In this document: positions 51,146-64,000 of the stretch, one piece after another
How positions within the stretch are numbered: the stretch's first letter is position 1
Layout of the letters: each line of letters begins with the position of its first letter
From: Gracilinanus agilis
Lineage: Eukaryota
Length of the DNA stretch: 64,000 nt
NCBI RefSeq assembly: GCF_016433145.1
Contig: NC_058133.1
Coordinates: 476,229,058-476,293,057 of the forward strand
Reading direction: 5' to 3'
Made by a program: the position numbers and the translations under genes
Notes under the pieces: generated by a model
The model's input: only the letters and a program-made list of their open reading frames with translations
Databases searched by the model: none
What the model was told of the DNA's origin: nothing

Positions 51146-51782
51146 GAGCGGTGAGCTCAGCATTTTATTATTTTAGTTCTGGCCAGGTGGGGGGTGGGGG
51201 TGGGAGATCGCATGTACACCCCCACACACACACCCAGCCCGGCCCCCAGACCCCCTGGTGGCTGGTACTGGCCATGACAACTGCTCTGGCCTGGGCGTCC
51301 TGGCTGGCCCACTTAGGACACGCCGGGCACTGAGGACACGGAGGCATAAGAACTACCCGGCCCCTGCCTTCGGGAAGGCCACCCCGATGTGAACTACGTA
51401 TGGATTATGGATTGACTGGATCGGAAAAATGGAAGGAGGCTGCTGGAGGCCCAGTGGATGGAGCCTGGAGGTCCTGGGTTCCAGTGTGGCCTCAGATCCT
51501 TCGGGGCTGCGTGACCCTGAGCAGGTCTCTTCGCTCCCCAGGCTGGCCCTGTCCACTCTCCTGCGTAGATGCTAAGCCGAGGACGGGGAGACCCCCTGAG
51601 CGGCCCGGCATCTCCTCCCTCCACAGAAGGCGGGCACGAGGGAGTTTTCCAATTTTTATTAGATTAAAAAATACAGACAGGCCCGGGCAGGTGGCTCGGG
51701 GTGAGGGAAGGAGGAGGAGCACGAGAGGGCGAGAGGGCGAGGCGAGGTGACGGCCGCCAGGTCTCCCAGGCCGGCCGGCCTT

Positions 51783-54700
51783 TCACTTGATGATGATTTT
51801 CTGGCGGAGAGCCCGGGGCCCGGGCCCGGGGAGGGGCTCGGGGGGCGGCGGGCCGGGGCCCAGGGCGGAGGCAGCGGGCGGCAGTCCGTGGGCCGTGATG
51901 TACTTCTTGTAGGCTTCGCGGATGATCTTGAAGGCTCTGGCCGTGGCGTAGGGGATATCTGTAACGGGATCTCGGTACAGGGCCGGGCGATGGGTGACGG
52001 GGCACACCTCCCGCACGGGGATCTTGGGGGGCTTTCCCCTAGGAAAACACTCCTCAAACGTGGCGTCATCGCTGAAGGTGATAAACGTGCGTGAGCACCG
52101 CGCAGGGGGCAGCACCGGCCCCGCTCCAGAGTGGGGAGCCACTGCCGACACCACAGGGGTGGGCTCAAGCCTGATGGAGAGGAAGACTATGAGGAGGAGG
52201 CAGAGAGGGGGAATGGGGGACCCAACCATGAGGGACAGACGCTGAAAATGGCCAGGACCAGGGGCTCTGCTGGCCAGCCCGGGGACAAGGGGGAGAGAAG
52301 GGAGGGGAGGGCCGGGGACAGGGCCCAGGGGGGACCATCCCACTCACCCCTCCACATCCACGTTCTCCTCCTTGGGCCCGGGCTCGGCCAGCAGGGGCAC
52401 CGTCATGGAGTGGTAGGTGATCACCGGCCCCGGACATTTACGCTTCTTGTGAACCTGCTTCTTCTTGTCCGCCTCCAGCCGTTCATAGTTTTCTGGGAGA
52501 TGGAGGGGAAGTCAGACCCTCCCTACTGGAGCTCCTCCAGCCAGCTGCCCTTAGCCATCCCTTACTGCCCGCAGCCTCCCTCATGCCTTGCTCCCCCACA
52601 TCATCCCCAGCCTTCACAGCCTCCTCTTGGGGATATACCGTGGCCACGTCATTCACACAGTCCCGGGTCTCCCCACCTGCACCCCAAACCTCCTGTCTCC
52701 GTCCCTGGGTCTTTCCAATTTCTCTCTGCCGTCCTGTCTCCCCTCCACTGCCCCCCAGGCTCCCTGCTGACCCAGGGAACGCAGGTTGAGCTCCTCTGTG
52801 ATCTTGGCTTCCCTGAGGAGCTCCTCTTGGGTCAGTGGTCGCTCACAGTGCGGACCCTTCCGCCTCCGCGACTGGCCCTGCCGCTCCTGAACCCGGAGGA
52901 ATGTCTGGCGAGTGTGCTCAGCCGTAGACTGGCGCATTGACTTCCGGCCTGGATAGATGGAGAGAGAAGGGGAGACATTTTGTCACTCAGGACCACCTCC
53001 TCCAAGAAGCCCGCCCACTCACATGCTCTCAGCTCCTTTCCCCAAAGCAGCAAATTCCCAACGACACCTTTTTAAAACCCCTTACCTTCCATCTTAGACT
53101 TAGTACTGTGTATTGGTTCAAGGCAGAAGATCAGTAAAGGCCAGGCAATGGGGGTTAAGTGACTTGCCCAGAGTCACACAGTTGGGAAGTGTCTGAGGTC
53201 ACATTTGAACCCAGGATCCCCCAATCTCCAGGCCTGGCTCTCCATCCACTGAGTCACCTACCTGCTCCCCACCCCCATCTATCCCCCTTTTATTTACTTC
53301 TTAAATTCTGGCTCTGCTCATTCCTAGCCATGAGGCCTTGGTGACTTGGTGAGCCTCAGTTTCCTCATGTGCAAAATGGAGGAGTTAAGCTAGATCATCT
53401 TTTTCTCCTCCATATCCTCTCATCATCCTTCTCTTGATTACCTATGAAGGCAGAGAACTACAGAGCAATCACCTCCACAGAATTAACAGGCAGCCTGCAA
53501 ATACTTTATGGTTTTCCAGGAGTAAAATATTTATTTTCCTAATTCTGCTGTTATGTAGCTAATCCTAATCTTGTTTCCATTCTCTGAACACAAGGAAATG
53601 TGTGCCAGAAGCATGCTGAGAGCCAGAAGAAATTCTGGAATGAAATATTTACTGTGTTTAGTTCACAAGTGGCTCACCCAAAGGAAGAGCCGGCTAAAAG
53701 GCATTTATTCTACTGACAAATCTTTGCTCACAAATCAGGCTTTGGCTCTCTGGTGGAAGGAACTGAGTCTCTTCTTCACTTGTTCTTTTTTAAACCCTTA
53801 CCTTCCGTCTTTAAAATCACTACTAAGTATCAGTTCTAAGGCAGAAGAGTGGTCAGGGCTAGGCAATAGGATGAAATGACTTGTCATACAACAAGGAAGT
53901 GTGAGGCTAGATCTGAACCCTGGACCTCCTATCTCCAGGCCTGGTTCTCTATTCCCTGAGCCACCCTGTTGCCCCTTTCACTCGTTCTTTATTGTGTACT
54001 CACAGGACACCTCATACATGTAAGCATGGAGTTAACCCTGGATGTATTTTTGGTTCCACTGCAATCCTCTAAGTCTATTTCTGAATGGTGGTGAAAGAGT
54101 AGATGGTGGGCTAAGATACACTAAGACAGCCTCCCCCCTCATCCTTTCCAAACAGCCCCCTACTCACTGTCCAGGCCGTCATCCTGCAGCTCCAAGGGTA
54201 GCAGTGTCTTCTCCTCCCGTGCCTTCTGGGAGCTGCCTGCGGGGGTGCTTACTTTTCGAGGCCTCAAGCTCTTGATAGGCTCCTGGGGGCAGGTTGGGGT
54301 CAGAGAGCAGGGGTTGAGGGGATAAGGAGAAGGAACAAGAACCTGGGGCCTACAGAAGGGAGCCTAGAGACTGAGGGACTTGAGTTGGAATAGGAAAAAC
54401 CTAGAAGATTGGGGAAAGGCAGCAGGAGCCACTAGAATCTGGGGAAGCTGGGGCTGGGGCAGGCCCTCCCCAAACCCAGGGTCCCCACTCCACCTTGTAG
54501 GCCTTGGTGACTACACGACGCTTTCTTCTGGGTTCATCTCCATCCCCATCGCTTGCAGGCTCGTCTCCTTCATCAATGTCAAAATCAGAGTCAACTTCAT
54601 CCTCTGTGTCTGACTGGTCCCCCTGATATTCATCGTCACCAGATTCCTGGAGGAGGAAGAAAATGGGAATTTGGTCAACACTGTACATGGTCACTCATGG

Positions 54701-57700
54701 GTTAGGGATATAATTCTTCTTCAGTGGCTAGAGTACTGGGCCTGGAGTCTGAAAGACCTGAGTTCAAATCCAGCCTCAGATTAGCTGCATATCCCTGGAC
54801 AAGTCACTTAACTTTGACTGTATCAGACTGTATCAGTTTCCTGATATGGGGATAGCAATAGCACCTACATCTCAGGGTTGTTGTGAGGATCAAATGAGAG
54901 ATTATAAGTAAAGCCTGGCATATAGTAAGTCTATGATCATGCTAAGTACTAACTATTGTTATGATTATGATCATCTCTCCTCCACCAAGAAGACCATCCA
55001 GACAGAGTCCACTGGGTGTTCTCCCATCCCCACTTCCAACAATGAGGACTTCTAATTCTGCCTCCAACACCTATTATTTGTGACTTTGGATAAGCTGAAT
55101 CTCTTCAAGTCTTGGTTATCTACTCTTGAAAAATGCGGACACTGATACCTATCCTGGCTACCCCATCAGGATGAAATAAAATGATGAATAGGGACATGCT
55201 TTATCAATATTAAAATTCTTGGAGCAGCTGGGTGGCTCAGTGGATTGAGAGCCAGGCCTAGACATGAGAGGTCCTGGGTTCAAATTGGCCTCAGGCACTT
55301 CCTAGCTCTCTGACCCTGAGAAAGTCACTTAACCCCCATTGCCTAGCCCTTACCACCCCTCTGCCTTGGAACCAATACACAGTATTAATTCTAAGGTGGA
55401 AGACAAAGGTTTAAAAAAAAAAAGAAATATTACAATTCATCTGGGCATTATCCACTCCCTCTTTTTTTAAACCTTTGCCCTTCTACCTTAGAACTAATAC
55501 TAAGTATCCATTCCTAAGCAAAAGAGGAGTGGGTCATACAGCTAGTCTGAGGCCATATTTGAACCCAGGACCTCCTGTTTCCAGACCTGGCTCTCTATCC
55601 ATTGAGCCATCTTCCTGCCCCATTATTTTTTTTTGGAAAGAACACTGGACTTAGAATCCAAGACCAGGGCTTTTGAGTCCAAGCCCTCCTTCTTTAATAA
55701 TTTAATAGTGTGACCCTGGACAAGCTGTTTAGTCTCTGAGAACTTCCTCATCTATAAAGTGAGTTGACCTATTTCTACTCAATTTCCAAGATTTTTCCCT
55801 CTTCTAAACTCCCATAGCTATTTGTACCTCCCTTACATACTCAGCATATTCTACCTTGCATTCATTTTCAGTGTGTGTGTGTGTGTGTGTGTGTGTATAA
55901 AAATATAACTGTCTATATGTGTGTACACACACACACATTTTTACTGGTGAAATTCTCCAAGAGACCACACTTGATAGTGCCTTGCAGAGTGTTTGTTCAT
56001 CACAGGTTCTGAATGCTTGCCAGATGCTCACTGTCAATAGACATTTATTAGGCACCTAATATGTTCATGGGATTAAATGAATAAGACATGGTCTAATCAA
56101 GGATTTTACAGGCTGGTTAAGAAGACAGCATATCATAATAATAGCTCATGATCACAGAGGTCTTTTTCACAAAGGTTTACAAAGCAGTTTACATGCACTC
56201 TCTTCTTTGATCCTAAAAACAATGTGGCGAGATGGGAAACACAAGTACGGCCACTTTACAAATAAGGAGACTGAGGCTTAGTGAATTTAAGTGATGTGTC
56301 TAAGCTCATGTTGCTAATAAGTAGAAAAGCTGAGATTTGGGGGTCTGAAGACCTGGGCTTCTTCTAGTATATCACTGCCTATGAAGAGTGATTAGTAATG
56401 AAAGATCACCTTTTATAAGTGCTTAAATAAGAGATATGGACAAAAAGCTTTATGAGATTTTAGGTAGGATACAATCATTAAGGATGGGAGTAACTGGGAA
56501 TGGCTTCCTAGAGGAAGTGAAACCCAACAAGGAAATGAGAGGGAGAAAGGGGATTCAGGATTCTAGGCACTGGGTTAGCAAAGGTAAAAGCAAGAATGAC
56601 TTTGGTATAATTATGAGACAAATGATTCAACTAATCTGAGTGAAAGGATCTATGTAGGGAAAAATAAGGATAAAAAAAGGTTGTTAAGAATATATTGTAT
56701 AATTGGGACATTAATGCATTGCTGGTAGAGTTGTGAACTGATCCAACCATTCTGGATGGCAATTTGGAACTATGCTCAAAGAGCGATAAAAGAATGCCTG
56801 CCCTTTGATCCAGCCATACCATTGCTGGGTCTGTACCCCAAAGAGATCATAGATAAACAGACTTGCACAAAAATATTTATAGCTGCGCTTTTTGTGGTGG
56901 CAAAAAACTGGAAAATGAGGGTACGCCCTTCAATGGGGGAATGGCTGAACAAATTGTGGTATATGCTGGTGATGGAATACTATTGTGCTCAAAGGAATAA
57001 TAAACTGGAGGAATTCCATGTGAACTGGAAAGACCTCCAGGAATTGATGCAGAATGAAAGGAGCAGAGCCAGAAGAACATTGTACACAGAGACCAATACA
57101 CTGTGGTAAAATCGAATGTAATGGACTTCTGTACTAGCAGCAATGCGATGACCCAGGATAATTCTGAGGGACTTATGGTAAAGAACGCTACCCACATTCA
57201 GAGGAAGAACTACAGGAGGGGAAACACAGAAGAAAAACAACTGCTTGAACACTTGGGTTGATGAGGACATGATTGGGGATGTAGACCCGAAAAGACCCGA
57301 AAAGACCACACCAATGCAACTATCAATAATATGTAAATAAGTTTTGACTGATCACACATGTTAAAACCAGTGGAAATGCGAGTTAGCTGGGGGGGGGGGT
57401 AGGGTTTGAGGGGGTGAAGGGGGTAAAGTAAAAACATGAATTATATAACCATGGAAAAATTTTCTAAAAATAAAAAATTTTTTAAAAAGAGAAAAAAAAA
57501 GGATATATTGTAGAGAGGGGGCAGCTGGGCAAGTCACTTGACCCCCATTGCCCACCCTTACCACTCTTCCACCTAGGAGCCAATACACAGTATTGACTCC
57601 AAGACAGAAGATAAGGGTTTAAAAAAAAAAAAAAAAAGAATATATTGTAGAAAGCCTTGAATGCCAGCCTAAGAAAAGTATTCTTTATCCTGAAAATAAC

Positions 57701-60700
57701 ATGAAACATTTGAAAGCTTTTGACCAGAAGGTAGGGTTTGAGAATATGAAAAAGTGTGTTTTAAGGTTAAACTGGTAGAACTTATAGGGAAATTTGTAAA
57801 GAGGTTAGACTACAGAAAAGGAAAGCCAGTTAAGAGACTTCCGCAATGAAGGGACAGAGACCTAAGGTAATTCATGAAGGCCTAGGCAAAAAGTGTGAAT
57901 AGAATGTGACCCAATAAGATTTAGTGACTGATTAGATATGGGAAGAAAAGAAGTCCAGGATGAATACAAGGTTCTGAGCCTAGAAAAGAGAGAGAATAGT
58001 GATAATATTAATTGAAAAGCAAGTCTGGAAGAAGAAATGGATTTAGAGGAAAGATTACAAGTTCAATATCAAACATGTCTCTATGTATCTGTGAATAATA
58101 GTAGGGAATAGGGTAGGATGACCTTGAGAAAGTCACAGATTTTTTAAACTAGAGTCGTGTTAGAATTAGAAGAAAACCTAGAGCTTCATTTAGTTCAGTG
58201 GAGTCAAACTCAAATAGAAACAGAAGCTAGTAAGATCAATGCTGGCACATATTGACCTGGAAAACCATATATTAGCATCATTTTGTTTCATTTTTTTATT
58301 TTAATTTTATTTGTTTATTTTTATTTTTTGTCAGTTTTTAAATTTATTTTGTCAAATATTTACAAATTACATTTTTTAAACCCTTATCTTCCAACTTAGA
58401 ATCAATTTTGTGTATTTGTTCCAAGGCAGAGGGGCAGTAAGCGCTAGGCAATGGGGCTTAAGTGACTTGTCCAGGGTCACATAGGCTAAGAAGTACCTGA
58501 GGCCACATTTGAATTTAGGACTTCCTGTCTCTGGGCCTGGCTCTCAATCCACCGAGGCACTTAGCTGTTCCAGCAATTACATTTTAATCTGGTTTAGGCA
58601 GAACTTGAGCATGTCTGATACCTCTGATTTAAACTAATCCTTACTCAATGCTGAAATCCCTCTAAAATATCCTCAGCATGTGGATATCCTCTTAAAGAGT
58701 CTTCTAATGATAGGAAACTCACTTTTTCACAAGGCAGTCAATCCTTTTTTTTTTTTTAATAACTTTAATTGATAAAAAGAATTCTTATACTGCACTAAAA
58801 CTTGCCTCCTGCAACTTCCTAGTTTTTCCTTCTGGAACAAAATACAACAGGTTCTGTCTCTCTTCCCTGAGAGATGTTTAAATATCTGAAGTCAAAGCCC
58901 TCCCGTAGGAAGATTTTCCAGGCTGAACAAGCCAGTTCCTTCCACTGATGCTCAAGAGATATGGTTTCCATGGTATCCATGATATACTTCAATGGATCTG
59001 TTCCCATTTGTCAGTGTCTCTTAAATGTGATTCTCAAAACTGAACCCCCTATTCCTGACCTCAGTGATGACGTCAAAAGAATGACTCCTACAGATTGCTT
59101 TGGGATTAGCACCTCCCTCCCTCTGGATACTCTCTTTAATGCCACCTAAAATCAAATTATTTTTTTGGCAGCCATGTCTCAATGATGATTTGCACTGACT
59201 TTTCAGTGAATGAAGTAGGGATGACTGTTGGGATAAAGCCCAAGAGTTAGGCTCAAAAAAATTAACTGCACAAAAACAGAATGGGGAAGAGTGGTTACAT
59301 AAAAGTTCATGTGAAAAAGAGTTGGGGTTTCTGTGAATGTGAGGCTAAATTTGAGTCAATAGTGTAATGTGGCAGCCAATAAAGCTGCCACCATTTTATG
59401 ATCACTTCAGAGACACAGGGTCTAGAAAACAAGTTCTACTGCAGCCTGCTCAGGCTGTTCAGGTAAGGAGTACCATGTTCAGTCAGGTGTAGTTGAGAAG
59501 GTCACTGATCATAAACAGAGGAGCAACTAGGATGGTGGCAAGACTGTAAAACATGCTCAACGTCAATCAGTGAAAGGAAGTGGGACAGTTAGCCTAGAGC
59601 AGACTAATGGAGACACGGTGACTGCCTTCAAGTACATGAAAGGCTCTCAGAAGAGAAATTAGATTTGTTTGGCTTTGCTAGAGAAGGCATAAAATCGGAG
59701 CAATGAATGCAATATACAGAAAAGCAGATTAATGTTCAGTGCAAAGAAATACTTCCTAACACTCAGAACTGAACTAGAACTGAAATGTGCTTAAGTAGAG
59801 GTGCTGAGTTCCCTATCACTGGAGATATTCAATGACCAGAAGGCTGAACAAGCACTTATTGGAAATATTGTGGAGGGGCTTACTACTTGGGTAAAGTTGG
59901 ACTAGATAAACACCAAGATTCCTTTCTAAATGTGATTCTGTGAAATCTTCTGGAACGGTTTTAGAGGAACTGTTGTTTCATGTGAACTCTCCCATTCTGT
60001 ACCCATAAAGTTGAAGTTTTAACCCAAGTGCTGTATTTTACATTTATTTCTATTAAATTTCATGATACATCCACAGACCAAAAGTTTTGAACCCTATGTA
60101 GGTCATTCAAAGTTTTCTCTTAGTTTAGTGTTACTTACAAATTTGATAATCTACTATCTGTACCTTAATCCACATATTTGATGAAAAATATTTAATAGAA
60201 AGAACCTGCTAGTAATTACTATTATGCCAGATTGCCTTCATTTTTAGGTGGTGGAGGTTAAATGACTTTTCCAGGGTCACACAGTTTGGATGTGTCAAGG
60301 TCATATTCGAATTCAGGACTTCCTGTCTTTAAGCCTGTCTCTCAATCCACTGAGCCACCTAGCTGCCCCCTATACATAGAATTCTAAGGTGAAAGAAGAT
60401 AAGTATTGTTATTATCCCTATTTTACAGATGAAGAATTGAAGGCAAGTAGTCATTTTAGTGACTTTGCCTAGGATCATTGCTAGTGTCTATGGCTGGATA
60501 TGAACTCAAGTCTTCCTGACTCTGGTCCCAGTGCTCTGCCCACTACACTATTAACTGCCTCTTGTTCTTAGTAATTACTATCACTTATTCTCATGCAAAT
60601 TACATGTTCAGGGTGATCACCACTTTCCTAAGTGTTCACAAACTAATTGTTTAATAATCTCCAAACTGTTTAGGGACCCTTCTTAATCAACTAGCAGGTA

Positions 60701-61645
60701 AGAACATTCCCCTTGGAGTAAAAAAAAAATCCAAAAATAGAAGACTGAACTGGGCAAGCCATTTAACCTCTTGGAGCCTCAGTTTCCTTTCTGTAGAGAT
60801 AATACTAGTACCTACTTTCTAGGTCTGATGTGAGGTTTAAATGATAGGATATTTGTAAAGTGCTTCATAAGTGCTAGTTACTAATTAACCTCTTGGAACC
60901 TCAGTGTCCAATTTTCTCATCTGTAAAATGGTGAGGATAACAGCATTTATGACATAGGACTAGGTGAGATTCAAATGAGATATTTGTAAAGACTATAATA
61001 TTTGCACATAGTAAGAGCTATATAAATGTTAACTATTACAATAACTACTATGCATAAGGCGCTTTGCAATCTTTAATATTCACTATAATTTCTCTGGGAA
61101 TAATGATGATGACAGCCAGCATTTATATAACCTTTTAAGATTTTAAAAGCGCTTTAAAAATATTTTCTCATTTTATCCCCATAACAATCCTGAGAGGTAG
61201 GTGCCATCGTGAAACATTTATAAGGCGCTCAGGAAACGCTGGCTATTATCATTCTCCTCTCGGCTGTACAGATGAGGAAACTGAGGCAGGGGGAGGTGAA
61301 GTGACTTGCCCAGTGCAACATAGCCAGTGAGTATCTAAGGTTGTTTCGGAACTCAGGCCTAGATGATGGCTCGGAAACGTGGAGGACCCCAAAATACCAG
61401 CCTTGCCCTCCCCTCCCGATAACTACCCGTAGGGAAACAGGAAGTGGGGGGGCATCCCTCAGCGCCCCCCCGCCCCTTTTCCAGACCCTTCCGCGCAGCC
61501 CCGCCCCCTCCCCGGGCCCAGATCTTGCCTCAGTGAACCCCCCATAAGTGGTCTGGTAGAACTCATCTTCCTCCTCTGCCTCTAAGAGCCCAGACAATCG
61601 ATTCCCTGCGGTCTTCCGGGGTGCTCGGCCCCCGGCCAAGCTCAT
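51783..61645 (-). CDS. VPS72: VPS72/YL-1 (H2A.Z chaperone of SRCAP/TIP60); complement(join(51783..52170,52348..52492,52772..52948,54168..54282,54494..54646,61529..61645)), 364 aa
   Basis: MSLAGGRAPRKTAGNRLSGLLEAEEEDEFYQTTYGGFTE|ESGDDEY...CPVTHRPALYRDPVTDIPY...LRQKIIIK*. 1095 nt in frame; intron 1 uses a GC donor; minus-strand AATAAA at 51655-51660. Confidence 0.97.
55871..55937. repeat. (TG)n followed by (CA)n microsatellite
   Basis: Direct reading. Confidence 0.9.
56700..57498 (+). mobile_element. 5'-truncated L1 in VPS72 intron 1
   Basis: ORF2 end, 3'UTR and A-tail; flanked by AAGAATATATTGTA / AAGGATATATTGTA. Confidence 0.88.
57516..57635 (+). mobile_element. Internally deleted SINE1-type element at the same target site as the preceding L1
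   Basis: GGGGGCAGCTGGG is fused directly to CAAGTCACTTGACCCCC; long A-tail; third copy of the target at 57636-57651. Confidence 0.85.
58196..58626. mobile_element. Old hAT-type MITE interrupted by a SINE
   Basis: CAGTGGAGTCAAACTC ... TCTGATACCTCTG degenerate TIRs; the SINE inside is flanked by AATTACATTTT. Confidence 0.55.
59190..59930 (+). mobile_element. L3/CR1 3' fragment
   Basis: Degenerate CR1 RT C-terminus and 3' end (AAFKYMKG, ACSLEI-like). Confidence 0.65.
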
Positions 61646-61900
61646 CCCTTCTCCGGCCGCAGCCGTCACCAGCGGCAGCCCCCGGCTCGCTCGGCGCTCG
61701 GCGTTTTCCGCCTGCCCAGCTTCGTCGCCGGAAAGGGGAAGTCGTCACAGACAGAAACAACCGAGCACCGAGCACTCATTTACTCCTCCCCTCCCCACTT
61801 CTCGGCCCCTCCTTTTCCTTGACAGAACCTCGATGGCCCCGCCCCCCACCTTCTGGGGCGGTCCACTTCTCCTCCCTCCACAGCCTTAAGCTCTCCACAG
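61646..61900 (-). promoter_or_regulatory. VPS72 CpG-island promoter and 5'UTR
   Basis: CpG-rich, TATA-less, GC boxes (GGCCCCGCCCCC, GGGGCGG) and a GGAAGT ETS-like site directly upstream of the ATG exon. Confidence 0.75.
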
Positions 61901-62719
61901 TTTCCAGTAAACTTCTTGAAAGAGGGCTGAGGTCTGAGCCCAAACTGTCTTTGGGCGGTGGCATTAGAACTGGAAGGCCATGTCATTCAGCCTCATTTTA
62001 AAGAACAGAAACAGTCATCTAGCAAGTTAATGGCAGGAAGGAACTAGAACCAGTTCAAGGCTTTTGAAGACACAGTCCTTGTCTCACTGGCCTTTCCAGT
62101 TGTCTTTGCCTTCAAAAACAAGGAATCAGATAGCCTTCTTTAAGGACTGACTTGTCAACAAAGCTATTAAAAATGATGTGTGGACTATGGCACTATGTTT
62201 CTGTGAAATGGTGTGTTAAGAACAACACAAGAGAATGATTCTATTGTGTATATGTCATATATATGTATAAATATATATAACGAGGATGAGAACAGCACCT
62301 TTCTCATAGGACTGGTGTGGGACTCAAATGAAATAATATTTGTAAAAGTACCTGCCACATAGTAAGCACTATACTGTAAAAATGTTAGCTATAATTATAT
62401 ATGAGACATTGTGCAATCTTTTGTTTGTTACAACTCCTCTGGAAATACATGATGATAGATAAATAGTATTTATATAACACTTTAAGGTTTGACATATACC
62501 AAATATGATAGCTGTTGTTCATCCACTGTGTGCGTATTTGGGTGTGTTTTAAATCCTTACCTTTTGTTTTAGGATCATTTCTAAGGACTAGGGAATGGGG
62601 TTAAGTGACTTGGTCAGGACCACATAGCTAGGAAGTATCCTGGGGCCAGATTTGAACCTAAGTCCCCTGACTCCAAGTCTTGACCATCAACTTCATATAG
62701 CTTCCACTCAACCTTTGTT

Positions 62720-63140
62720 TTAAAAAAGAACCAATAACATCAGGGGTGCTCATGATAGATTTAAATGAGGAAGACTTTCACAAAGTTATCAGCCTCACTC
62801 TCTCTTTCAGAGTCATCAAAGTCCAGAAACAAGACAAAAGTTATTGGTGATGGCCCAGGATGCCTTGTTAACTTAGATGTTTGAACAAGCTCTAAGCACA
62901 TCACAGTACCAACTTCATCTGCCTTCATGGCCATTGGAACAAACTATTTTCATCTGTTGATTCTGATAGGGGGAAGTTTTCAGTGCCTGGGATAGTTGTC
63001 TTGAGGCCTGTCAGTTACTCTCCATCTAGTTTGACCCATCTGCCATGACAGCCTCTTGGGGACACAGTTGAGTTGGGTGCCAGGTTGACACCAAAGGTGC
63101 ATGAGCAGCCCCAAAAATAACTTGACAAGTCCTCTCTGAA
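62720..63140 (-). mobile_element. RTE-related marsupial element (RTE 5' region / RTE-SINE)
   Basis: Recognisable CAGCCTCACTCTCTCTTTCAGAGTCATC...GACACCAAAGGT segments, recalled from marsupial RTE-SINE consensus. Confidence 0.5.
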
Positions 63141-64000
63141 TGCCTCATCTACCCCAAATAATAAATATTATATACATGCATAGTTAATACCAATTTGTGG
63201 TTTAGGCAAAAGTCAATTTACTAGAAAGGTTAGAGTAACATAGCAGTTTTATAGAGTATAGTGTTTGTGGATATAAAGCATATAGGCCCTGTTCATTCTT
63301 GGTTCTGATTGATTCAATCAAAAAATATTCTTAATTTTAAAAAGCAATTATTTTTAAGTAGGCAAGTCAATGGGTTTGACCCTTATATATGTTAATAAAG
63401 ATCAAGAGGAAATTGCACAGAACCAAAGAGTTTTAGAGATGAAAAAGATATCACAGTAGACAATCTAGTACAACCTGTAAGGGATAACTAGGTTAGAGTT
63501 TAATGCTAAATTTTTTTTCCTGTTGATTTGCTTCCAGTTTATAAGTTTAAAATATTATTGTGAGAGAAAAAAAGAATTCTTAAACTTCTTGCATCTTCTT
63601 TGCCCCTGTTCTTAATCCAGACACTCTAAGCTATTCTAGTATCCTGGAAGGTGCTTCTCTAGTAGAAGTCTATGTGTATAAGCTGATATTTATATAGCAT
63701 TTTAAGCTTTGGAAAACACTTTGAGGCTCTTCAACCATATCAAACTGTCTCATGTGATTTTCAATTCTCTCCATTATTCTTTGAGAGACACCATGCCATT
63801 TCCCCTTTTCTAGTGGAAATGTAGATTGGCCCCTTTCCCCACTTCCTGAAGAGTGCAAAGCCAAACTGCCCTACCCTTAGTCCCACACCCTGCCACATCA
63901 TCGTGTGTTCCTATGTGCTATGCCAGGAATGTTGCTGGGGAAGATCTGGGATATGACTCAAACAGAGAGTTCCAAAGAAGGGGGTGGGGGTGGGGGGGCT

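Larger units (their letters stand above)
1405..62680. mobile_element. Dispersed SINE1_Mdo-type tRNA-derived SINEs (about 25 copies, e.g. 1405-1592, 2495-2675, 12560-12750, 18431-18613, 21120-21305, 28588-28759, 35510-35690, 53070-53265, 55220-55425) and MAR1/MIR-type SINEs (e.g. 10250-10455, 14910-15160, 15880-16115, 25010-25240)
   Basis: GGGGCAGCTGGGTAGCTCAGTGGATTGAGAG head, GGTTCAAAT B-box, CTGTGTGACCCTGGGCAAGTCACTT core, A-tail. MAR1 copies end GAAGGAAATGGCAAACCACTCCAG. Confidence 0.9.

Noticed and set aside
50180-52940. Many overlapping 60-270 aa ORFs around TMOD4 and VPS72
   Set aside because: Stop-poor GC-rich sequence; these are alternative frames or antisense of real exons.
3152-57309. 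Recurring ORFs such as MWVAFFSINPSELSW..., [13 protein letters not shown]... and MAIWNYAQR...
   Set aside because: These are the same L1 ORF2-end/3'UTR segment read in sense or antisense in different copies, not a gene family.
38988-61645. U12-type introns, expected because SCNM1 is a minor-spliceosome factor
   Set aside because: None of the mapped donors has the RTATCCTT signature.
61646-61669. Upstream start extending VPS72 (MTAAAGEG)
   Set aside because: The ORF-track start at 61669 is GTG, not ATG; the conserved start is 61645.
1405-62680. tRNA-like heads and regularly recurring short repeats (tRNA genes or CRISPR-like array)
   Set aside because: They are SINE A/B-box heads without a complete cloverleaf; there is no repeat-spacer periodicity, and the DNA is mammalian.

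Overview
Marsupial genomic DNA, most likely a didelphid opossum (dozens of SINE1_Mdo-type SINEs, plus marsupial L1, RTE, MAR1 and L3 repeats); the species is inferred from repeat content only. The right half is the conserved cluster syntenic with human 1q21.3: TNFAIP8L2/TIPE2 (+), LYSMD1 (-), SCNM1 (+), TMOD4 (-) and VPS72 (-). I traced all five exon by exon, and each splices into an intact ORF (184, 217, 232, 345 and 364 aa). The left ~30 kb has no recognisable gene and is a nested transposon graveyard. I found no convincing new protein-coding system. The most interesting signals are: (1) a TSD-flanked L1 that keeps its 5' end and a complete ORF2 but lacks most of the 5'UTR and ORF1 at a junction resembling a splice event; (2) repeated reuse of identical target sites by hAT MITEs, L1 and SINEs; (3) a divergent, well-preserved RTE nested in that L1; (4) an open 87-codon in-frame N-terminal extension of TIPE2 behind an alternative acceptor; (5) a GC-AG first intron in VPS72. 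Repeat family names come from recall of consensus sequences, not from a database search.
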